Counted from the first letter of the stretch, positions 11,450-26,169 are shown. The stretch is DNA of 64,000 nucleotides from Lama glama (GCA_028534125.1 CM052845.1:8370001-8434000); one strand, 5' to 3'. The notes: a model not told the origin generated them from the sequence alone. Numbers and translations are program-made.

Positions 11450-12100
11450 AAAACCAGAATAATAGGGTTGGCAGGAATGCAAAATGGTNNNNNNNNNNNN
11501 NNNNNNNNNNNNNNNNNNNNNNNNNNNNNNNNNNNNNNNNNNNNNNNNNNNNNNNNNNNNNNNNNNNNNNNNNNNNNNNNNNNNNNNNNNNNNNNNNNNN
11601 NNNNNNNNNNNNNNNNNNNNNNNNNNNNNNNNNNNNNNNNNNNNNNNNNNATCCCAGAAATGGAAGCAACCCAAATGCTCATTAACAANNNNNNNNNNNN
11701 NNNNNNNNNNNNNNNNNNNNNNNNNNNNNNNNNNNNNNNNNNNNNNNNNNNNNNNNNNNNNNNNNNNNNNNNNNNNNNNNNNNNNNNNNNNNNNNNNNNN
11801 NNNNNNNNNNNNNNNNNNNNNNNNNNNNNNNNNNNNNNNNNTTACATAAGATTATCCAAAGTAGACAAAAACAAACAGAAAGTAGAATGGTGGCTGCCAG
11901 GGGCTGGAGAGAGGGGGAAACAGGGAGTTGTTGTTTAATGGGTGTAGAGCTTCAGGTTTGTAAGAAAAAAGTTCTGAGATCTGTTGCACAACAATGTGAA
12001 TATACATAGCATTACTGCACTGTACACTTAAAAATGGTTACAATGGCAAATTTTATGTTTTTTAACCACAATTTAAATTTTTTAAATTGTATTTTTAAAA
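11450..12100 (+). mobile_element. L1MA/L1MB-type 3' end with two N gaps
   Basis: 'ggaagcaacccaaatg', 'agtagaatggtggctgccaggggctgg' and 'tgtacacttaaaaatggtta' are L1 3'UTR hallmarks. Confidence 0.88.
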
Positions 12101-15100
12101 ACAATTAGCAAGAGAGAAGCAAATGGGAGATTAACTCTAAGGAAGAACATTTTTCCTTATAACTTAGAAAAACAGATCGTCAGAGCATCAAAAGATTTCT
12201 CACAACAACATTCCTTTTTTGAGACACTCATTGCAAAGTCAGCCTACTTAAGGTTCTCGTAGGTCCTATACAGTTCCTGTAAACCATGGATCAGTGCCTC
12301 CACTTCATTAAGCTACCCTAAAAAAGGGCTCTCAGAGGAAAATATTTTGCTTTATTAACTATCAAAATTACTTTTAACTTTGTGGAAATTGCCGATTCAG
12401 GAGTCTTCCAACTCAGCTGAAAGATTCAACAGGAGTCATGGAAGAAAGAACACATCCTTCCCTTTTGGCTTTAAGATTAGAGATTTGGTTTTAAATGACG
12501 CATACATAAAGTTTACCCTCCAAACATTATTTCTTGAGCACAGAGACTGATCATAGCTCATATTAACTTCATCTAAAATAAGGACAAAATAACCCATCAG
12601 TATTATGGTATCAGAGTATTCTTGACACATTTCCAAGTAAATTCAGATATTCCCTCTCTGCAAACAAACATTTCAAATAGGACCACATCTCCCTATTTCT
12701 GGCTCTCTCTATAAATACAAACTTAACACAAATCACTGCATATCTGGGCTATCTAATAATATCTATCATTAATGGAAAGGGAAAGAAAAACAAAAAGGTA
12801 GACTAGCATAGCCTGTACCTGAAATGCCTGTACCTTCCAATGTGTGTTAGGGTAAAGAATTAAGTAATTTAATCCCAGCTGCAGAAACAAATGGTAATTC
12901 TCATTCCTCTGTAAAAGGTAATCAGTTACAACTTTGCTTGAACAAGTGTTTACCGAGTCTCTTAGAAGTTTCAGGTAAAATGACATTCTTGTCTGCTATG
13001 GTTTTCCTTACCCCTTGCAATAATGACCACCATCAACTTCTGGTTCCACATACTGTCAGTCTACTTCACTGCCCAGGAAGGACAGAGGGACACATCTACT
13101 TAGTTATGCTCTATCTCTGATCAAGGTTATAACGACCATCCTAAAACTTGGAAAGAAAAAGGAAAAGCAAAGCAGTTGGCTCAGAAAGTTTACAATCTGT
13201 TATTTCAAGAACCCTGCTGATTAGCTGTTATTTTATTAAAAGCCACGAGGCTACTTATCAGCAAGGGAGAGGAGGATGGGAATGAGTAATAAGCAAATAA
13301 ATATCTAAAATTGTGCTCTAAGACAAACTTACATAATAGATAAATCATTTCCTAAGTAAAAACAAGTTTTGGGTTTTTTTTTGTTTTTTGTTTTTTAAAA
13401 AGCGCTCAGGGTTCAACCCAAAATTCTTCTGAAGTAAACTTGTTTATCCAAATGGCAGGCTTTGATAAGATCAGTTTTAACATTTGACCTATAATCCCGA
13501 CAACTCTAGGTCAAATTGCTACACGTATCACAAAAAGAGGGTAAACATTTAAAGGTTCATTACTTATTCAATTCAAAGGTTCTTTCTTATTCAAATGTTC
13601 AAGCAACATTTATTAAGTCCCATGAGCAAGGATCTCTGCTAGTACAAAATCCAATCCTGTGAATTGAACACAATGAATCCATACCTCTTTTGAAAACACA
13701 CAAGCAAACCCTAACTGCACAAAAGAACGGAAGGGCACCAGCAAGCCGTGGCGAACCACACACCCCAGCCTTGGAGAAGCAGGGAAACAAGAGTGACATG
13801 AGCTGAGAAAACTAACATAGTCCTAAGTGACAATAATGTTAGATGAAGGAATACAGTAGTGCCAACCTGTTTTGCAGAGAAGGGCTGTGGCTCAGAGCAC
13901 AAAATCCCACCTGAAAACTTCCCAGAGAAGAGCAATCAGGTCAGTAAAGGAACTGGAAACTGTGGCGTATAAAAATGGTTGAAGGAGAGATGTTTATCCT
14001 GCTAGGCTCAGGAGAAATGTGACAGCACAATTTAAAATAGCTTTACAGTTGCCCTGTACAAGCAGTAGGTTAATTATGTCGCCATCCAACTAGGCAGAAA
14101 CAGTACCAAGCATGGCATGGCAGTCACAGGAGGTTCCAGGAGTGTATAACCACTGGAACTGTCCACAGTCAAATGGGCTGCCCTGGAGAATAAAACATTC
14201 CCCCGGCAGCAGGGAATGTTTAAAGGTTCAGAAAAATGAAAAGAAAGCCTGACTTGAAAGGGAGTCTGAAGGAATTACTTTTCCGCACCTCTAAACATTT
14301 TCTGGTGCTGGGAGCTTTCTATTCTCCAAGGTACCCTCATTTTACGACGAACAATTATTTTCTTCAAAAGAAGAATGGGGATCATTATTGGGAATAACTA
14401 AATGACAAATAAGGGTTTAAGGATATGTCAGAAAAATTGTTGCTCCTTCCCTGTCTTTACCCACAGTGCAAATTTTTTTTCTATCTTGAATTAATATATT
14501 GCTGACTTAGGTTGTTTCCTTTCTCTTCCAGTGACCAACTTGCCTTTGAAACCTCTCCAAGATTACTCCCAATAGAGTCCTCCCTAACTCGTCACCCCAC
14601 CCCACACACTGCACACGACCCCACTGGCTGCTGTGTCTTCAAGCTCCCAGTTACCTGTGTACATCACCAACGCAGGATCCATCGCCCCATAAGGACAGAA
14701 TTCTAAGTTATGGCAAAGACTCTACATTCATAATGTCATGTATCAAAGTACTACTACTACTGAAATACAAAGGCCTAAGAAATGTATGAAAGATTTAACT
14801 AAATCAAAAAGCAATGCACCTAAAAAGGCCTCCAGAGAGCACACATTCTAACTTGGAGCCTTCACAAGGATTTAGTAACCACTTGGACTGCAGGGATATG
14901 TGTCTTTTCTAAAGTCTGTCCCTTCCAAACATATTTTAGGATCTTTTTCATTTTATATCATTCAGCCTTACTTAGATTATAAATTCCTTAAGGAGGGAGA
15001 TGTCTTCCTTTCCCTGTCGCACAAGAGTCCTTAGTAGCTGGTTAAATGAAATTCCATAAACTGCCCAAGTAGAAAAAACTTATACTTGGAGAACTAAATT

Positions 15101-15669
15101 GTGTGATTGTGTGTGTATATGAGATGGGGGAGTCATTATTATCATTGAAAATCTGGTAGATTCAAACACTGACTTCTTTTTCTGTTCTTAGTGGACACAA
15201 AAGAACACGGATAGTAACTCCCTTACCTCCAATGCTCATGTAATCATCCTTAATACACCTAATTTCCTAAGAGTTGTAGAAATTAAAAGCTCCCAGAGTT
15301 CTGAATTGCTAGGTTTAATACCAATCACAGAATTTCAGAGTTAAAAGGTAACTTAGAGACCATCCAATGTCGCTCCCTCATTTTATTGCTTAGAAAAGTC
15401 AAGTCACTTGATGATGCAGGATTCCTAACAGTTTTTTCCCTTTTTCTTTTTAAACCACAAACAATATGGGCTCAATCACCCAACAGAAGTCACAGCACTG
15501 AACTTAGAACCAGTTTAGGCTCATGACTGCTCATTTTATTCTTGAAGTAACTCATACTTGGAAGTCATCACTTAGATGTGTGCAATGGCAAGTGTGATGT
15601 ATACAATGGCAAAAATCAGAACCTGGGAGTTCTAGGTCAAGTCAATAATTATAATAGTGAGCCGACTAT

Positions 15670-15890
15670 AACAAGAACAGCTACCATTTCCTAAACTCCT
15701 ACTGTACCCTAGTGGGTTCAGTCCTAATGCACACCGTTATCTCATGTAATCATCCCAGTCATGTCGTCATGGCAGGTGTAATTCTCCCTGATTGACAGAT
15801 GAGACAAATGAGGTTCATTTTCCCCAGAGACAATGCCTCAAAGTGCACAGTCTGGATTTAAACCCAGGCCTGTCTGACTCTCTGTTCTGC
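15670..15890 (-). mobile_element. MIR SINE
   Basis: 'gacagatgagacaaatgagg...ggatttaaacccaggcctgtctgactc'. Confidence 0.75.
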
Positions 15891-18800
15891 CACCCTAAGT
15901 GCTGTCTCAGGGCTCCTCAAAGCTGTCGCAGTTCTCCACGAACATTTGGGAAGGCATACAAAGTAGGGGTGTGGTTTGCTGCAATAAGGGAGGGCTTAGA
16001 AGCCACGCCCACCAGGCTTGCAGTCCTGACACCATCACTCACTGGTTCTGAATAACCAGGCACACAGAATAGAGAGGTATTATGAGAAGCTTAAGAGGGC
16101 AAATTTTACAAAATGAAGTCTTACTGAATTAGAGTTATTCATAAATCATCACCCTTAAAATTCACAGGAGAGTATATAATCTTCAGATGGAACCTGATTA
16201 ATCATTCCAAACACTGTATGACAACTCCAGAAAGAAAAACTCACCCCTCAAAAAAATATCTTAAAACCCAAACATAAAGAATTCTCCTCTATTTTGCCTC
16301 CCTTGTGGGTGTTTATTTTGTTTCACAATTAAGNNNNNNNNNNNNNNNNNNNNNNNNNNNNNNNNNNNNNNNNNNNNNNNNNNNNNNNNNNNNNNNNNNN
16401 NNNNNNNNNNNNNNNNNNNNNNNNNNNNNNNNNNNNNNNNNNNNNNNNNNNNNNNNNNNNNNNNNNNNNNNNNNNNNNNNATTGCTGTGTTGTTATTCAA
16501 GTTTGGGGGTGGGGTGGGGGCGAGGCCGCTAGCTCTCTGGATCACTGTAGGACAGCTTATCTGGTTTCTATACTGAAAGAAGGGTCTATTCTTAGGCAAA
16601 AGACATCATCAATTTAGAGGAGCAGAAGCTTGCACTGGATTTCTATCGAACATTCCACATGGGAAGACTCAAGAAAAGTCTAGCTCTCCAAATAAAAGCT
16701 GTCTTCAGAGTTGCATGATTTTTCTTGGGTCAATGGAATGTTTAAGCTAAAGGGTTTGTCTTTTGTTGTTTTCCTATGTTGCAATCAAGCCAGATAGAAA
16801 ACAATTGTGTAAGGATTTGTTCCCATTTATTTATTCCTGCCTTTTTCTAACAAGAATAAAGCCATGAATAATAACACATAATTTAAACCACCTCTAAGTA
16901 ACAAAAATGAGCCAGAAGCTGTACTTGGTTATTACAATAGCTATTACCCTGATCTTAAACTACCAGTCATATAAACCTGCACACTACACTCTCATCCTCT
17001 GCTAATAAAGTCTATCTGATTTTAGTATTACCACCTTCTTCTAATACAACTACCTTCATGGAGGAGGTTCACTGCAGCCACAGGAACTTCCTGGCTGACA
17101 GGAAGGCAAAACAGGTAAGCGACACAAGGCAATAATCCTCGAGGGACAGAGAACATTTCACTCCAAGAAGGACTTAGGTAGCACGTGGCACCAACATCCT
17201 CAAGGGACGTCAAGAGAAGTCGTGAGCACCTCTGAAGTCAGTACTGTCAGTACCAGATCGAAGGTCCTGGTGAAGATTTCTTGTTTAAGAGTAAAAATCA
17301 TAATGCAAATGAGATGCAGGGCTAACCTGTCCACAGTTTTCTATCTAATCAAAGACTCAGGACATCTCATCAGACAATGGGATGAAAAAAATCATTCCTT
17401 TTTGATCAGAGAGTCAGTTTAAAGAACTACAGGATTATCTGTCAATTTAAAGATTGGTTCTGAAGAACAGTGGTCTTTAGGAAGCTACAACAAAAACTTT
17501 TAAGACTTTTACTTGACAACAGAACCATGTGATCAGGAATAAGTATCCTTGAGAAGCACCATTACTGAATGGGAGAAGAGGACGCGAGTGACTGGAGCAG
17601 GCCTTGTCCATTTTAAAACCACTTTAACTTACATATTCAAAGTAGACCATACCCACAAAGCGCTACTTATCCTCCTTCACTGTCATCATCTGGTTCAGTG
17701 TGTCATTTTCACTAAGAAAGGGGCCCTACTTGTCTTTAAATTTTAGCAGCTTGCACAGTGCCTAGCACATGGTAGACGTATCTTTTCGGAATAAGTGAAC
17801 TGTAAGAGGAATTTTTTAAATTTCTAGCACTTTCATCCATATCTAAAGAAAAGTAAATAAAGAGGCAGAGGCTATAATTTTGGCCTTTAGGAGAAACTAC
17901 TAAATACGGTGTTACTACGTGTCCCTCAGAGCTATCCATAAATTCTCAAATGTGTATAAAAGGATTGCAGCATGATTATTCTACCTTCTCAAATTAGTAA
18001 CTGAGATACAAACACTAGTCTCTTCAGACAACATTTAAATACCACTAATTTTTTAAAATCCTGTCATTATTGCGTTTCTGTTCTTTGATATGATACACTT
18101 TGTAATGTATTTTGGGGGAAGGGATCAAAAATTATTAAGTAACTCATTAAAAGACTGGTTCTCTTTTTAAGATCTGAAAAATGTGTCCAAAAAGTACATT
18201 TCAGGGATACACACAATGAAGCCTCTTCCTTCCCTTCAGTTCAGATGTCTTGTTCCAGAGGAGAGCAGAGAAGACAGATATCTAACTTGTTTATTCTTAT
18301 AGAAATACTACAGGTATAGGGTAGTAAGTATGATTCTCTCTGTACCAACAGTGGCAAAGGGACCTGCATGATTTCACATTTTCCAAAGTTTATGTGTGGA
18401 TTATGGAACCACACAGTTACAACCGAAAGTACTGTCCTATAAATCAATTACTAGGGCTTGGGCATTTAATTTATAAATTACCATTATTTAATTTCCCCTA
18501 AATTTCTTCTAGAGTACTCCTCTTCTTTCACTTTAAAAATAGATTAAAATTCACAAATTGACCTACATTTTGAAAAAGGAGGCAATAGCAAATGTATACC
18601 ATTTCTCTGAGCATTGAAATCTGGAGATAATAGTACCATTTATTGGGCTGCTGAGCTTAGAAACTATGTAGACACCAAGAAGCCAAAACATGAAAGGAAA
18701 CAGCTGCAAGAAGCTGATGAAAGGAATCTTGCTGGGTGACCTGAGGACCCAATTGCTAAGGATGCACTGAGACTTACTATAACTGATTAAACTTTTGACT

Positions 18801-19869
18801 ACAAAATAAGATTACAGACTCTTTATATTTCACTACAAAAATCTGGGGACACATATATTGATCACTGGATAGGGTGGTTAAGGCTTCCAACACTGTCATT
18901 AGCTTAACTGTTTTGCTTTTTAAAAAGGGGAAAACTAAATACCCTTCCAGGAGGCCTGGATTTCACAGCTTTTAATTTAGGCATAATTTAGTCTTGAAAG
19001 CACAAAGGAGATACTGCCTGGGGAGTCCAGGAAGGCTTTCTAGAAGCGAGCTGTGTGCTTGAAGGCAGACAGGCGCTCCTGCACAGACTGCACGGCACTC
19101 CAGCACCCCCCCAACCCCAAGCCAGCCACACGGCCACCCATGTGAATTCATGTGAGAAATGGTATATGGCAAATCAAGCCACCTTTTTTGGACCTCAGTT
19201 TCCTTATTTGTAAAAGGAAAAGAGGCTGGACTAGTGACGTTTGTTCCAGTTCTAAAACAGGATTATTACATTTATGACTTTAGCAGGATGTCTCCATCCT
19301 GCCTACAAATAAAACACAGTAAGTAAAAAACTCCGATGACATGTTTTTCTCACCACCTTTGACTTGTTTTAGAAGCAGATGCAACTGCTTTTGTGATTAA
19401 GTGTTTCTTGTGGATTCCCACAGGGCTGAATGTTACTGGTGGGGGCTACACATGGTGGTGACCCCCTCCATTTCCCAAAGGTCGCTGGGGCTGCTCTCTA
19501 AGTGATTTGAAAAACACAAGGTTTTGAACACAATTAAACTATACATTAAAATAGCATGCATTTCCTTTAAAAAAAAAAGGCTTATTCCCAGAATATCTAC
19601 CTCTAAGTAGTTTAAAGCCCTCACATAGATGACAGGTAACATTAATACAAAGAGATGGATGGTAGACTAAAGGGAGAGTGTCCTACCAAGCCTCGTGGGG
19701 TGTCCTACAAGTGTTAGATTGATTTACTTGGTCTATGCTAGGATTTAAACTTGGAGGATACAGAATCAACTAAATTTCTTTAAAAAATGTTATCTCCAAT
19801 TATGGCTGGATTATTTTTTAGAGTTTTTCGTTCACTCGATAATAATACTGCTTAATGTTATGATTAATT

Positions 19870-20070
19870 ATCATTGATGACTAACACTCGCTGACTCTCC
19901 TGCTGTGTGCCAGACACAATATGCATTGCCTTCCCTCCCGTCCCCCACGCTCCCCTCCCCCAGCCTACAGATAAGGAAACAGAGGCACAAAGAGACAAAG
20001 TAATTTCCTCACAAGGTCACAAAGTCAGAATCTGAATCCTGGCATTCTAACCCCACTGTTTAAACACTAG
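19870..20070 (-). mobile_element. MIR SINE
   Basis: 'tgtgtgccagacac...acagataaggaaacagaggcacaaagag...aaggtcaca'. Confidence 0.75.
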
Positions 20071-21679
20071 ATGGCAAACACATCAAGCACCCGACACCGA
20101 CACCGTTCTGGGTGATCAGAGATGATTTAAGTCAAGCACTTGGTGTACAGGCGGTGGAGTCTGCCAAACATATAAAAAATAATTACAACATGATACCTGT
20201 GCTGTAACCCAGGCCTTTAAAAATTGCTAGGGCAATGCAGGGAGACAGGAGAGGAGAGAGAGTTGGCCAGGGGAGGAGTTCAGCAAGGCTTCTATTTGAG
20301 CTGGGAACTGAAAGATGAGTACGCATTCCTGGGGTGCAGGAAGAATGGAAGGGCATTCCAGGTGGAGAATGGCATGTGCCAAGGTACATAAAGGTGAGTG
20401 AGCTTGGGGAATCCGGTGCAGCAGGAGGAGAGAGGCTGGGCAGGAATGTGGTGTGCTTACAGGTGAGCTCAATGGACCCCCTTCTGTATCAGTTTCTACC
20501 TGGAACTGACGGCGAGAAAGGAGGGCCCACTTGACAGTCTCCTACAGGGACAATATCTGGTAGAGTTTGAAGGAACGTTTCTTCTTCCCTTCCCAGCGTC
20601 AGAAAGACTTTAAAATGCAAATAGATCAGGGGTGCAAACAAGAATGTTTAAGTGTGATAAACTCACCAGTTAGCTGAATTTTAGGGCCAGGCTATCCAGG
20701 AAGAAGATGGCATACAGAAGGGGAGCGGTGGTCACTGGCTCCCATGATGAATTGCCATCTACTCTGAAGTCTAGATTTGTGGCCCTTATGGAGTTATAAA
20801 CTGTGTGTGTGTTTTCTGGGGAGAATACCCATAAGTTTCACCAGATTCTCAAAGGGATCAATGACCTCCCCTCCAAACAACAATCACCGCTTTCAAGCAG
20901 ACACCACCAGGCCAGACCTCCCTGCAACCTGCAACACCTGGGGCAACCCTAAGACACAGTAACTTAAAAAAATCAAATCAGTGCAAGCAAAATGAGAAAG
21001 TCCCCCATCTCTTGGCCCTGATTTGAAACTCTTACAAACACTGTAGCTTAAGACTCCATTCAAAAGGCCTTTAAGATATGAGCTAGCTATGTTTGCCTAA
21101 CTTCATTCAGGTCCTATTATGCAAGCCTGCCACCTATTCCGGACCCCATGTGTTCATGATTTACTGGTAGACACAAACTCTCCAATACACAATCGAACTC
21201 CCCTAAGAAAACCTGCCCTCTAAATGGTGAAAACAGGAAATCCAAGAAGTTGGATCCACAGGCCAGGTACGTAATTAACTTCTCTAAATTAATATTTAAA
21301 AGAAAACTTTAGAATAAACCACACTTAAGTGAAACTCACTTTTAATTTTCTACCACAAGATTAAAAGGATGACTGCTCCCTGAGGAAGAATAATCATCAC
21401 CAAAGAGCCTGAACACAAGAAAGCTCATTTACAGACTGGTGATTTGGTCCCCTGGCGGAACATGAACATTGATCAGCATCTGTCATCATCATCACATCTT
21501 ACGTCGCCAGCACTTCAACATATTACTGCTCTTCCGTTGTCAGAATTTACTCTATTTCTGTTCAACCCCATGCAGCCATCTTTAAAGCAGCACGTAGGTC
21601 AAGGCAATATAAGCGACTTTTCATAAAAGACACAGAGAGAGAAGCCCTTGGGCACTTGGCCTGTTAGGCAGCAAGGAGC

Positions 21680-21900
21680 AGAGTCGGGGTTAAGAACACC
21701 AGTGGTGGAGTCAACGGCTGCCTGGGGTTCAAGTGCCAACCTTACCATGGAGCTTTGTGACCTCAGGCAAGCGACCTGACCTCTTTGTGCTTTCTTCACT
21801 TATAAAATGACGATCATAGTTGTACCTCCTCATAGGATTGTTATGTTTATTAAAAAAAAAAAAAAGTTTCGAACAGCATCTGGAATCTAGTGTTTGGCAA
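21680..21900 (+). mobile_element. MIR SINE
   Basis: 'ctggggttcaagt...tgtgacctcaggcaag...cttataaaatg...cctcataggattgtt'. Confidence 0.8.
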
Positions 21901-22254
21901 ATACACTAAATCTTACCAAAATTCCTTGGTTAAGGACACCAGCTATTTCAACAAAACTGAGAAAGAAAAAGGATTTTCAGTAACATGCCAATATCCAGGT
22001 TAATCTGCCTCATGTTCAGTGTGAAATAAAACACCAAAATAATCACTATAGTGCAAGTACTTTAAGTTTCTCTGGAACAAAATGTATTTTCAGAAAGAAA
22101 AATTATTTTAAAAGATCAAATTAAGTTAAAGAGACATTTATCGAACTACTACTGTATTATTAATCACTGTGCTAGATGCTGGCGATAAAATTAAAATTAT
22201 GTACATATATGTCTTTAAATCACAGGAGCAGATAATACAGAGTAGAATTCATGC

Positions 22255-22315
22255 TTATATCCATATATGATATATATATATAAAACTATATACACATAAT
22301 TATATATATATATCT
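22255..22315. repeat. Degenerate (TA)n low-complexity tract
   Basis: Repeated 'tatatatata' runs seen directly. Confidence 0.8.
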
Positions 22316-22579
22316 ATTGAGAAAGCTAGTCTTAACTTTTAAAGGAAGACAGAAATTTCTACCCAAGTAATAAGAGAGTAGTGTTATTTAATAACGGACT
22401 AATGCTATTGTTGTGTGTGTATGTTTTCTCTGGGGAAATAACGCAGGCATGTCAAAACTTTGGGAAACAGCCATGTTTCCGAGGACAGAGAACACAAAGG
22501 TGTAATTGTCTTTGTAGCATTAATTGCTCTTTTTACCTTGAAAGTGTACTATAAAGTAAAAATAAGACCCTTTCTAGGT

Positions 22580-23130
22580 CAAACTCCTTGCCACACACTC
22601 TGTGACATGTTCTTCATACAGTATCACCTTACAGTTCCAAGAAGTAGATGTTATCATTTTCTTAAAAACAGATGAAGAAACTAAGGTTTAGAAAGGTTAA
22701 AAATCACCCAGCTAGCAGGTGCAACAGACTATATGAACCTAGTGATAAATTAAACATAAGTGTGCACCTTAAGTAAGTGATTTATGATTAAATTTTAAAT
22801 GTCACAAAAGCTGGCTTTATTGGCTGATTTCTCCATAATCTACCCCTTATTTCACTTCTCAACAACCCCCCTTCCAAATAAACAGTAATGACAGCTCTGT
22901 TAAGCACATTTAAATTCTAATGAGGCATGCTCTCTAATAACTATTGCTAAAATCTCTATGTAACCCTGTGTAGTAGATTTTGTTATTCCCAATTTACAAA
23001 GGAAGAACTAGCCTCAGAGAAATCAAGTAACTTGCCCAAGACAACACAGCTGATAAATGTCAAAGCCAAGATTGGAGATCAGGATTTAAAACCTACACTG
23101 GCTGACTCCAAAGCTCATCTAAGTTTTCTG
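22580..23130 (-). mobile_element. Two MIR SINEs
   Basis: 'acagatgaagaaactaaggtttagaaaggttaa' and 'tttacaaaggaagaact...aagtaacttgcccaagacaacacagct'. Confidence 0.8.
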
Positions 23131-25619
23131 AATGCAGACCCAGAGTAAAACTCTTCACCATCATGCCCTTCCTCTCATCTGACCCATGTGACTGGTCTGT
23201 GAAAATCTAAGATATTCTTCCAGGAAGTTCCCCACCCCTCGAACGATTTACTCCACAGATTCTTCGGTCCTAGTGAGCACCATTGGGCCTGAGAGAGAAG
23301 CAGAAATGAAGAACTAAAAACAGGAGAAGGAAAAGAGTACACAAGACATGGAAAAGAACTGGCGGTTTCTCCAACAATAGATTTTCCCTCTGCCCCTGGA
23401 AGCCCCGCCCACACTGGAGACCAAGTTCGGTCAGAGTCCAACTGCGACCCCTCCAGGCTTCCCCTTCCAGCCCTGTTCTCACTCTGTCCCCTCCGAGGTA
23501 GTAGCCAGGCAACCAGACCAACGTACACAGAGAGGAAAGAGGTGCCAAGCCCTGCCACACACGCAGGTCTTCAAAGGAAAGCAGAACTGGTGACCTATAA
23601 ATACCCACAAGGTGACGGAAACACAGAACACAGAGATAAGGGACAAATAGTACAGATGTTTGAGAGTCTGGATCTCTAGTCGGAGTGAGAGTAAAAAAAG
23701 CCCTGGTTAAGACACTGGTGGATAGAAAACTTCAAGTCTAGGCTTGGACATGAGATAGCAAAGCCCGTGGCCATTCAGCTCAAGAGCAAAGAGGCAGCAA
23801 GTGAGGCTGAACAGCTCTCTGCTTAACACAGCAATGGAGCTGGAAGGCATGGACTTTGTAATACACATTTCAACTGCTCCAAGACATCTGGGCCAGGGCC
23901 TGGTTCTCAACCCCACTTTGCACAGTCGGAAATAAAGGATATGTGACCTCTTCAAAACAAACATTAGAACCGGACTTAGTGCAAGTCAATAGGATTCCCT
24001 GCTTTACTGAGTTCCTCTAGCACAAAGAGGAGACAAATACTAACAGCAAATACAACTTTGTTTCAGTAAAACACAACCATTCAGCACCATTAAGAATGAG
24101 ATCTTTCATTTTAAGAAGGTGCATTTTTAATGTATTTTTTCTGCAACTTCTTGTGTGTTAGTTTACATTTAAAAATTATGGCAATGAGCCCAAATGGAAG
24201 GATTTTCAAAATCTGCCCTCAGATGTCTAAATTTGTTCAGAAACATACATTCAGGGTTCTCTTGTATATTAAGTTCTTACAAGAGGAAGTGCCTTGGAAC
24301 TGTTTCCTGCCTAAACAAAGCCCAGGTTTGTGTATAAAATAACAGTAGGTAATCCTCCACATCCCAGCCCAAATGCTACTGCTTCTGAGAAGTTTTCCTC
24401 AATATCCTATCCAGTGATTATTCTTATGTGTTATAGCAATTAACCTTTTCTAACCTGGTATTTAATACTCCCCATCTAGCCCATAAACCACCTAGAGGCA
24501 TTGCGATGCTTGGCACATAGTAGGGGTGTAGAGAAAAAAATTTTTCTTAAATCATCTTTGTGATGTTGTACTTTCATCAAAGAACACTAAATATGGCACC
24601 TGGATATGGCATTTGTCCTTTAAGGAATTTTTAATGGGAAAGACATATGCACACACAAACGATAAAAACACTGTAAAGGATTCATGAAAAAAGCCCCGAA
24701 AAGAGGAAGCCAAAAAGTGCCTACATTTTAAGAAATTTTACTTCAAAAATGATTACTGCAGATGGGCTTGTCCAGAACTAAAGTTAAATTAGCCTGGTGG
24801 CTGCTGTCTGGTGATAATTTTCTTAGTGCCAGGAAGTTGGTGCGTTTGTGATTAAACATGTTTCTGCCCGTAGCTCCACCCTAGATGCTATCGGTTCCTT
24901 AAACAGAAGAAGGTTCTGCAGCTGACCCGGCTCACACCACACTTCACAAGAAAAAGAAAAAAACGAATTGTGCCAAATTTTCCTACAAACAAATTCCAAA
25001 CGCCCCCTCCCCTCTCCGTGCACTTTTTCTCATCTTTTTTACAGCACAGCAGAAATTTTAAGCATAGAGGGAAAAATCCATTAAAATTGGCCATTCTCAT
25101 GACTTCCAATAGATCAATATCTTCACCTTTTAACTCACAATGTCACAAAAATACCAGCCAGCCTGTCAACTGATTTCAAGATTCTGAACCATTCCTAACC
25201 CTCCTGTTCTAGATCTACCCCAGGGCTCTTCTCTTCACCTTCCCCCACTGCCCTCCACCCCCGAACTGCTCCCCCACTTTCACAGGGAAAACACCAGAAC
25301 ATGAAACACACACGGGCTTGTATGAGCATCTTCCTTCTCTAACCTCTATTCAAGTTTGTGAATGTCCAGCAAGTTGATAATCTTTGAGTGCAAAATTTCC
25401 CAAAATACTCTATCTTTTTAGATGACAAAACCAGAAATCCCCAAGTGGAGTTTTGCTGAAAGTTGGAATTGCACACAATCAGTTCAGAAACAGAGTTTAT
25501 ACTTCATGGGAAATGTCCCAGCTAGCTCTATGAGCTTAAGCCAGTCATTTCACCTTTCTGGCCTTCAGTGTCCTCAATGAATTATCTCTTTCAATTACAA
25601 TGCTATACTATTTTTAAAT

Positions 25620-26160
25620 TTTTAAAAAGCATTTTGAAATCGATTTTGGTATCTGGTGAGGAAAGTCCCCTTTATAGTTTTTTCTTCCCCCAAACTTTCT
25701 TGGCTTTCTATACATTTCTAAGTCCAGCTGAACTTTAGAACTAGTTTGCCAAGTTCTTTTAAAATTGCTTTGAAATTTTTATTGGAATTGTATTTAATTT
25801 ATAAATTTGGAGTAAACTGGCAACTTTATAATATGCATTCAGGAAGAAATATAGTCTTTATCTCCATTTACTCAGGTCTTCTGTGCCCTTCAGAATACAG
25901 TATTCTTCTGGTAGTTCTTATAAATTTGCCTTTATTGCTGCCAAGAATGTGTCTTTTTCATTATGTTTTCTAGTTGATTAGTACTGCTTTCTGATGCTGC
26001 TATGTTAAAAAAGCCTTGTTATTTTGTGTTTATCTTGTCTGGCCACATTACTGAAGTTTGTTATTCTAGGTTTTGGTGGGGTTTTTTTTTTCCCCCTCAA
26101 TTGCTAATTTTGGATTTTCTAGGCAGATAGTCACACTGACAGCAAATACTAACAGTTTGG
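25620..26160 (-). mobile_element. Ancient L1M ORF2 (RT region) fragment, antisense
   Basis: The minus strand near 26110-26160 reads KLLVFAVSVTICLENP, a degenerate form of the L1 RT motif KLSLFADDMIVYLENP. Confidence 0.75.
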
Positions 26161-26169
26161 GGCCTATCC

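Noticed and set aside
19182-19805. Isolated CArG-like boxes (CCTTTTTTGG at 19182, CCAATTATGG at 19796)
   Set aside because: One lies in a MIR and neither has supporting motifs. Such matches are expected by chance in 64 kb.
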